A DNA stretch of 32,000 bases from positions 1,419,876 to 1,451,875 of the forward strand of contig NZ_JBHSTI010000008.1 of the NCBI RefSeq assembly GCF_042660085.1, in the 5' to 3' direction. Numbering within the stretch: position 1 is the stretch's first letter; each line of letters begins with the position of its first letter. Positions 26,757 to 32,000 of the stretch are shown one piece after another. The notes under the pieces were generated by a model. It made no database searches. It saw nothing but the letters and a program-made list of their open reading frames with translations, and was not told the DNA's origin. Source of the DNA: Longivirga aurantiaca. GTDB lineage: Bacteria; Actinomycetota; Actinomycetes; S36-B12; CAIYMF01. Position numbers and translations under genes: made by a program.

Positions 26757-28421
26757 GTGAAGCAGCTGGGGGACATCCTCCTCGAGGGCGGCCTGGTCAC
26801 CCACGACCAGCTGGCCGTCGCCGTTGACGAGCAGAACCGGCTCGGTCGCAGCCTCGGGCGGGTGCTCGTGGACCGCGGCGTGCTCACCGAGGCCCAGCTC
26901 GTCGCCTCCCTGGCCGCGCAGATCGGCATGCGCTTCGTCGATCTCGGCGACATCCAGATCGACGGATCCGCGCTCGGCCGCGTGCCGGGCCACGTCGCCC
27001 GTCGCCACACCGCGATCCCGATCGGCTACGACGAGGGCAAGCTCGTCGTCGCCATGGCCGACCCGGCGAACGTGTTCGCGATCGACGACATCCGCTCCGC
27101 CGCGGGCATCGACGTCAAGCCCGTCGTGGCCACCCGCAACGACGTGGCGGCAGCCATCGACCGCTTCTACCGCGCTGGCGACGAGCTGAACGACCTGACC
27201 TCCGAGCTGGACACGGGGGAGGACGAGGAGGACCTGTCCAAGGTCAAGGAGATCACCGAGGACGCGCCGATCGTCCGCTACGTGAACCTGCTGATCACCC
27301 AGGCGATCCAGGACCGGGCCTCGGACATCCACCTCGAGCCGACCGAGCACGACCTGCGCGTGCGCTACCGCATCGACGGCGTGCTCCACGAGGTCATGCG
27401 CTCCCCGCGCGCGATCCAGTCGGGCGTGATCAGCCGCCTGAAGATCATGGCGGACATCAACATCGCCGAGCGCCGCATCCCGCAGGACGGCCGACTGTCG
27501 GTCGCTGCGCACGGCAAGAAGGTCGATCTCCGCGTGGCCACGCTCCCGACGGTCTGGGGCGAGAAGGTCGTCATGCGAATCCTGGACAACTCCACGGCGC
27601 GCATGGACCTCTCCGACCTCGGCTTCAGCCCGCACAACTTCGGCATCTTCGAGAAGTCGTACGTGAAGCCCTACGGCATGATCCTGGTGACAGGACCGAC
27701 CGGGTCCGGCAAGTCGACCACGCTGTACGCCACGCTCAACGTGGTCAACAAGCCCGAGGTCAACATCATCACGGTCGAGGACCCGGTCGAGTACCGGCTC
27801 CCTGGCGTGAACCAGGTGCAGGTCAACAACAAGGCCGGCCTGAACTTCGCCGCAGCCCTGCGCTCGATCCTCCGCTCGGACCCCGACATCGTCCTCATCG
27901 GTGAGATCCGCGACCACGAGACGGCGCAGATCGCCGTCGAGGCCTCGCTCACCGGTCACCTCGTGCTCTCGACCCTGCACACGAACGACGCGCCGAGCGC
28001 GATCACGCGCCTCACCGAGATGGGCATCGAGCCCTTCCTGGTGGGCTCCGCCATGGACGTCGTGCTGGCCCAGCGCCTCGCTCGCCGGCTGTGCTCGAAG
28101 TGCAAGGAGCCGTTCGAGCCGGACGCCGAGCAGCTCGCAGCCATCCGGTTCAAGCCGTACCCCGGTGATCCGGAGCCGCACTTCTACCGCCCCGTGGGGT
28201 GCGCCAACTGCGCGAAGACCGGTTACAAGGGTCGCGTCGCGATCCACGAGGTCATGGCGATCAGCGACGAGATCGAGCGCCTGACCGTCGACCGCGCGTC
28301 CTCGACGCGCATCGGCGAGGTCGCGATCGAGCAGGGGATGCGCACGCTCCGCGAGGACGGCCTGCTCAAGGCCTCCCAGGGCATCACGACGATCGACGAG
28401 GTCTTCCGCGTCGTCGCCTGA
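26757..28421 (+). CDS. pilB: Type IV pilus assembly ATPase PilB / GspE family
   Basis: N-terminal GspE domain (LGDILLEGGLVTHDQLAVAVDEQ), Walker A GPTGSGKSTTLYATL, ITVEDPVEYRLPGVNQVQVN, zinc-type CSKC...CANC motif. Confidence 0.93.
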   Translation: MKQLGDILLEGGLVTHDQLAVAVDEQNRLGRSLGRVLVDRGVLTEAQLVASLAAQIGMRFVDLGDIQIDGSALGRVPGHVARRHTAIPIGYDEGKLVVAMADPANVFAIDDIRSAAGIDVKPVVATRNDVAAAIDRFYRAGDELNDLTSELDTGEDEEDLSKVKEITEDAPIVRYVNLLITQAIQDRASDIHLEPTEHDLRVRYRIDGVLHEVMRSPRAIQSGVISRLKIMADINIAERRIPQDGRLSVAAHGKKVDLRVATLPTVWGEKVVMRILDNSTARMDLSDLGFSPHNFGIFEKSYVKPYGMILVTGPTGSGKSTTLYATLNVVNKPEVNIITVEDPVEYRLPGVNQVQVNNKAGLNFAAALRSILRSDPDIVLIGEIRDHETAQIAVEASLTGHLVLSTLHTNDAPSAITRLTEMGIEPFLVGSAMDVVLAQRLARRLCSKCKEPFEPDAEQLAAIRFKPYPGDPEPHFYRPVGCANCAKTGYKGRVAIHEVMAISDEIERLTVDRASSTRIGEVAIEQGMRTLREDGLLKASQGITTIDEVFRVVA

Positions 28422-28474
28422 GCACGTGCACGCGCGGTGACGGGGACGACTCGGCCGAGCGGGTGGTCCGAAGG

Positions 28475-28503
28475 CTCAAGCAGGGCTCTCGGACGGCCGA
28501 TGG
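28475..28503 (+). promoter_or_regulatory. Candidate FliA/WhiG-type promoter before pilT
   Basis: CTCAAG-N15-GCCGATGG between pilB stop (28421) and pilT start (28547). Confidence 0.6.
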
Positions 28504-28546
28504 TCAGCAAGGACGCCGGCACTAGGGGTGCCGGCCCGAACGAGGA

Positions 28547-29884
28547 GTGGCCGTGGAGTCCATGCCGTACGCCGGGCAGCAGTCCGTGCCACCGGTCGCC
28601 TCGCCCTATCCGTCGGGCGCGGTCCCGGCGGGTTACCCGGCCGCCCCGGTGGCCAGCGCCGCCCCGGTCGCCGCACCCATGCCGGTCTCGGCACCGATGC
28701 CGGTCGCCCCGGCCCCGGAGCCCACGGTCCTGGAGCACAACCCGCTGAACGAGCACGGCACCGGTGTCCCGCAGGTCGTCCCGACCCGTCAGGGCACCGA
28801 GCAGACGGTGCGCGAGGACGACTTCAGCCTCGTCGACGCGCTGCTCATGATGCTCGACCGCGGCGCGTCCGACCTGCACCTCACCTCCGGCGCCCGGCCG
28901 ACCATCCGCGTGAGCGGGTCGCTGGTGCCCATCGACGAGTTCGACGTCCTCACGCCCCCGGTGCTCCAGCGCGTCATCTACTCCGTGCTCACCCAGCACC
29001 AGCGGTTGAAGTTCGAGGAGGAGCTGGAGCTGGACTTCGCGTACTCGCTGCCGGGCCGGGCCCGCTTCCGCGTGAACATCTACAAGCAGCGCGACAGCCT
29101 CGGTGCGGCCTTCCGCATCATCCCGTTCGAGATCAAGAGCCTGGAGAGCCTCGGCGTCCCGCCGTCGGTTTCGAACTTCGCCAGCCTGCCGCGCGGCTTC
29201 GTCCTCGTGACCGGTCCCACCGGCTCCGGCAAGTCCACGACGCTCGCCGCGCTGGTCGACCTGGCCAACCGCACGCGGCACGACCACATCATGACCGTCG
29301 AGGACCCCATCGAGTTCCTCCACCGGCACAAGAGCTGCATCATCAACCAGCGCGAGGTGGGCGAGGACACCTGGTCGTTCGCCAACGCGCTCAAGCACGT
29401 CCTGCGCCAGGACCCCGACATCATCCTCGTCGGCGAGATGCGCGACCTCGAGACGATCTCGGTCGCGCTCACCGCCGCCGAGACCGGCCACCTCGTGTTC
29501 GCGACGCTGCACACGCAGGACGCGGCCCAGACCATCGACCGCGTCATCGACGTCTTCCCGCCCCATCAGCAGCAGCAGGTGCGCCAGCAGCTCGCGATGT
29601 CGCTCCAGGGCGTCGTCTGCCAGACCCTCTGCAAGACCGCCGACGGGCACGGCCGGGTCGTCGCGACCGAGGTCCTCGTGGTCACGCCGGCCGTGCGGAA
29701 CCTCATCCGTGAGGGGAAGACGCACCAGATCTACTCCGTCATGCAGGCGGGCGCGCAGTTCGGCATGCACACGCTCGACCAGCACCTCGCCGAGCTCGTC
29801 CGTACCCGCCGGGTCACGTACGAGCACGGTGTGGAGAAGTGCCACCACATCGAGGACTTCAACCGGCTCGTCGGCCGGGCCTGA
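28547..29884 (+). CDS. pilT: Type IV pilus twitching motility ATPase PilT with Pro/Ala/Val-rich N-terminal extension
   Basis: LLMMLDRGASDLHLTSGARPTIRVSG, VTGPTGSGKSTTLAALVDLANR, HIMTVEDPIEFLH, LVFATLHTQDAAQTIDRVIDVFP. Confidence 0.94.
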   Translation: MAVESMPYAGQQSVPPVASPYPSGAVPAGYPAAPVASAAPVAAPMPVSAPMPVAPAPEPTVLEHNPLNEHGTGVPQVVPTRQGTEQTVREDDFSLVDALLMMLDRGASDLHLTSGARPTIRVSGSLVPIDEFDVLTPPVLQRVIYSVLTQHQRLKFEEELELDFAYSLPGRARFRVNIYKQRDSLGAAFRIIPFEIKSLESLGVPPSVSNFASLPRGFVLVTGPTGSGKSTTLAALVDLANRTRHDHIMTVEDPIEFLHRHKSCIINQREVGEDTWSFANALKHVLRQDPDIILVGEMRDLETISVALTAAETGHLVFATLHTQDAAQTIDRVIDVFPPHQQQQVRQQLAMSLQGVVCQTLCKTADGHGRVVATEVLVVTPAVRNLIREGKTHQIYSVMQAGAQFGMHTLDQHLAELVRTRRVTYEHGVEKCHHIEDFNRLVGRA

Positions 29885-29907
29885 GCGGCGAGGAGAGGCA
29901 TCCAGCC

Positions 29908-31137
29908 ATGGCAGCTACAGCGACCTTCCAGTACGCGGTCCGCGACAAGCAGGGCAAGGTCGTCACCGGCAAGATCGAGGCCGACTCACCGGCCCAGGTG
30001 GCGTCCAAGCTGAAGAGCATGGGCTACGCGCCCATGAAGATCAGCCAGGTCGACGGCGGCGGTCTCAAGAAGGAGATCTCGCTGCCGCGGCTGGGCAGCA
30101 AGGTCAAGCTCAAGGAGATCGCGATCTTCTCGCGCCAGTTCGCGACGATGATCAACTCCGGGCTCTCCATGCTGCGCGCGCTCTCGATCCTCGAGGAGCA
30201 GCAGCCCAACAAGGTGTTCGCCCAGGTGATCGGGGAGATCCGGTCCGAGGTCGAGAGCGGCTCGGCGCTGTCGACGTCCATGTCGAAGCACCCGGACGTC
30301 TTCGCGCCGCTCATGATCAACATGATCAAGGCCGGCGAGGTCGGCGGCTTCCTCGACAGCGTGCTGAACCAGCTCGCCGAGAACTACGAGGCCGAGGTCA
30401 AGCTCCGCGGCAAGGTGAAGTCGGCCATGACCTACCCGGTCGCCGTGCTCGTCATGGCGATCCTGCTCACGGTCGGCATGCTGCTGTTCGTGGTCCCGAC
30501 GTTCGCGAAGCTGTTCTCGGACCTCGGTGGCGAGCTGCCGGCGCCCACCCAGATGCTCGTGAGCCTGTCGAACTTCCTCAAGGTCGGGATCGTCCCGATC
30601 GTGATCCTGTCGGTCATCGGCTTCGTGGTCTGGGTGCGGGTGAAGAACACGGACCGCGTGCGCGAGTTCATCGACCCGCTCAAGCTCAAGATGCCGGTCT
30701 TCGGCGGCCTGTTCCAGAAGATCGCGCTCGCGCGCTTCTGCCGCAACCTCGGCACGATGCTGCACTCCGGCGTCCCGATCCTGCAGTCGCTGGACATCGT
30801 GGCCGACACCTCGGGCAACAAGGTCATCACCCACGCCGTCCACGACATCGAGGAGAGCGTGCGTCGCGGTGAGAGCCTCACCCAGCCGCTGTCGACCCAT
30901 GCGGTCTTCCCGGCCATGGTGGTGCAGATGCTGGCGGTCGGCGAGGACACGGGCGCCCTCGACTCCATGCTCGCCAAGATCGCGGACTTCTACGACGCCG
31001 AGGTCGAGGCGACCACCGAGCAGATGACGGCGCTCATCGAGCCGCTCATGATCGCCGTGCTCGGCGGGATCGTGGGGTCGATGATCATCGCCCTGTACAT
31101 GCCGATCTTCAAGATCTTCGACCTCATCGGCGGCTAG
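29908..31137 (+). CDS. pilC: Type IV pilus inner membrane platform protein PilC / GspF family
   Basis: ATG at 29908 inside ORF 29839..31137 (start set by ggagagg upstream); FQYAVRDKQGKVVTGKIEADS, KEIAIFSRQFATMINSGLSMLRALSILEEQ, RFCRNLGTMLHSGVPILQSLDIV. Confidence 0.94.
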   Translation: MAATATFQYAVRDKQGKVVTGKIEADSPAQVASKLKSMGYAPMKISQVDGGGLKKEISLPRLGSKVKLKEIAIFSRQFATMINSGLSMLRALSILEEQQPNKVFAQVIGEIRSEVESGSALSTSMSKHPDVFAPLMINMIKAGEVGGFLDSVLNQLAENYEAEVKLRGKVKSAMTYPVAVLVMAILLTVGMLLFVVPTFAKLFSDLGGELPAPTQMLVSLSNFLKVGIVPIVILSVIGFVVWVRVKNTDRVREFIDPLKLKMPVFGGLFQKIALARFCRNLGTMLHSGVPILQSLDIVADTSGNKVITHAVHDIEESVRRGESLTQPLSTHAVFPAMVVQMLAVGEDTGALDSMLAKIADFYDAEVEATTEQMTALIEPLMIAVLGGIVGSMIIALYMPIFKIFDLIGG

Positions 31138-31155
31138 CCGACGCACTCGTCCCAT

Positions 31156-31197
31156 GGCGGCGGCCGCGCTCCCCTCGCAGGGGGCGCGGCCGTCGCC
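31156..31197 (+). terminator. Strong GC hairpin after pilC
   Basis: GGCGGCGGCCGCGCTCCC - CTCGCA - GGGGGCGCGGCCGTCGCC: 18-bp stem (two G:U pairs), 6-nt loop, ~18 bp after pilC stop. Confidence 0.75.
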
Positions 31198-31381
31198 GTT
31201 CGCCGGCCGCTCGTCCCGGCCGAGAGGCGGCGCTTATCGGAACGGCGGCGTTCCCCTGGATCCGCCGATCGGGTGATTCCTCAGATCTCCCTCTCGATCC
31301 CTAAGGACCGGGCTCGGCGCGGACCGAGAAACCTCCTGTCGGGCAACGGGACCTCCCGGGCCCCCGAGGGAAGGAATCATC

Positions 31382-31795
31382 GTGCTCTCTCGCATGCGTA
31401 AGCAGGACGCCGACCAGGGCTTCACCCTGATCGAGCTGCTCGTCGTCATGATCATCATCGGCATCCTCGCGGCCATCGCCATCCCCACGTTCCTCAACCA
31501 GCGGAACAACGGCTACCGCACCGCCATCAAGTCCGACCTGAAGAACGCGGCGATCGCGGCCGAGTCCTTCGCCACCGACAACGGCGGCGACTACTCCGGC
31601 CTCACCGACGCCACTCTGGCCGACGCACGCGGCACCGGCGTCACCGCCGAGGTCACCGTCGCCGTCGCCTGGGCGACCGGCACCGCGTACTGCGTCGAGG
31701 GGGTGCACTCGGCCCTCACCACCGCGCCGACGCAGTTCTTCTACAGCAGCCTCGAAGGAGCCCCGCTCGAGGGCGCCTGCCCGGCCGCTCCGTGA
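31382..31795 (+). CDS. pilA: Type IV prepilin (pilin-like protein)
   Basis: GTG start; short leader then canonical prepilin peptidase site QG^FTLIELLVVMIIIGILAAIAIPTFLNQR; two C-terminal cysteines (YCVEG...GACP). Confidence 0.92.
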   Translation: MLSRMRKQDADQGFTLIELLVVMIIIGILAAIAIPTFLNQRNNGYRTAIKSDLKNAAIAAESFATDNGGDYSGLTDATLADARGTGVTAEVTVAVAWATGTAYCVEGVHSALTTAPTQFFYSSLEGAPLEGACPAAP

Positions 31796-31846
31796 TCGGC
31801 TGACACGCAGGACGAGCTCACGGGTTGATGACACCCACGAGACACC

Positions 31847-31881
31847 CGGAAGGGGCCAGGCGGAGCGCCTGGCCCCTTCCG
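31847..31881 (+). terminator. Strong GC hairpin after pilin gene
   Basis: CGGAAGGGGCCAGGCG-GAG-CGCCTGGCCCCTTCCG: perfect 16-bp stem, 3-nt loop, ~50 bp after pilA stop. Confidence 0.88.
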
Positions 31882-31937
31882 CACGTCCGAGACCTTGCGC
31901 CGTCCGGGGGATGGCCGAAAATTCTCCTCTCGCGAGG

Positions 31938-31965
31938 CTCAAGGTCCCCCCGGGCAGGTCGATCA
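31938..31965 (+). promoter_or_regulatory. Weaker candidate FliA/WhiG-type promoter upstream of a gene beyond the window
   Basis: CTCAAG-N14-GTCGATCA after the pilA terminator; spacing one nt shorter and -10 less canonical. Confidence 0.35.
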
Positions 31966-32000
31966 CTTCTTTGTCATCAACCATGACCGCTCCGGCCAGA

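Noticed and set aside
26439-28247. 602-aa antisense ORF opposite pilB
   Set aside because: Shadow ORF; His/Asp/Val-rich mirror of the pilB frame without domain content.

Overview
High-GC actinobacterial chromosome segment, densely coding and mostly on the + strand. The first two thirds is a conserved housekeeping block: ruvA (3' end), ruvB, yajC, secD, secF, apt, a VKOR-family membrane protein, a RelA/SpoT homolog, GNAT, DUF349 (-), cyclophilin-type PPIase (-), MBL hydrolase, hisS, aspS, GNAT (-), rarA, a small unknown ORF, alaS, ruvX, mltG and aroE. The last ~8 kb is a motility-type module: Roadblock/LC7 protein, DUF4388 protein, Ras-like/MglA-like small GTPase, small unknown ORF, PilB-like ATPase, PilT, PilC and a type IV prepilin. 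The most interesting signal is non-coding. A promoter-like motif, CTCAAG/CTACAG-N15-GCCGA(A/T), resembles FliA/WhiG (sigma-28) promoters. It occurs in the intergenic regions before the Roadblock-GTPase operon, pilB and pilT, with a weaker copy at the window end, which suggests one regulon linking the GTPase switch to the pilus motors. Also notable are a 33-nt near-perfect palindrome between convergent genes, strong hairpin terminators flanking the pilin gene, a Ser/Pro/Ala-rich insertion in SecD, in-frame minisatellite-like repeats in the DUF349 gene, and a likely leaderless rarA start. I saw no CRISPR, mobile element, rRNA or tRNA genes.
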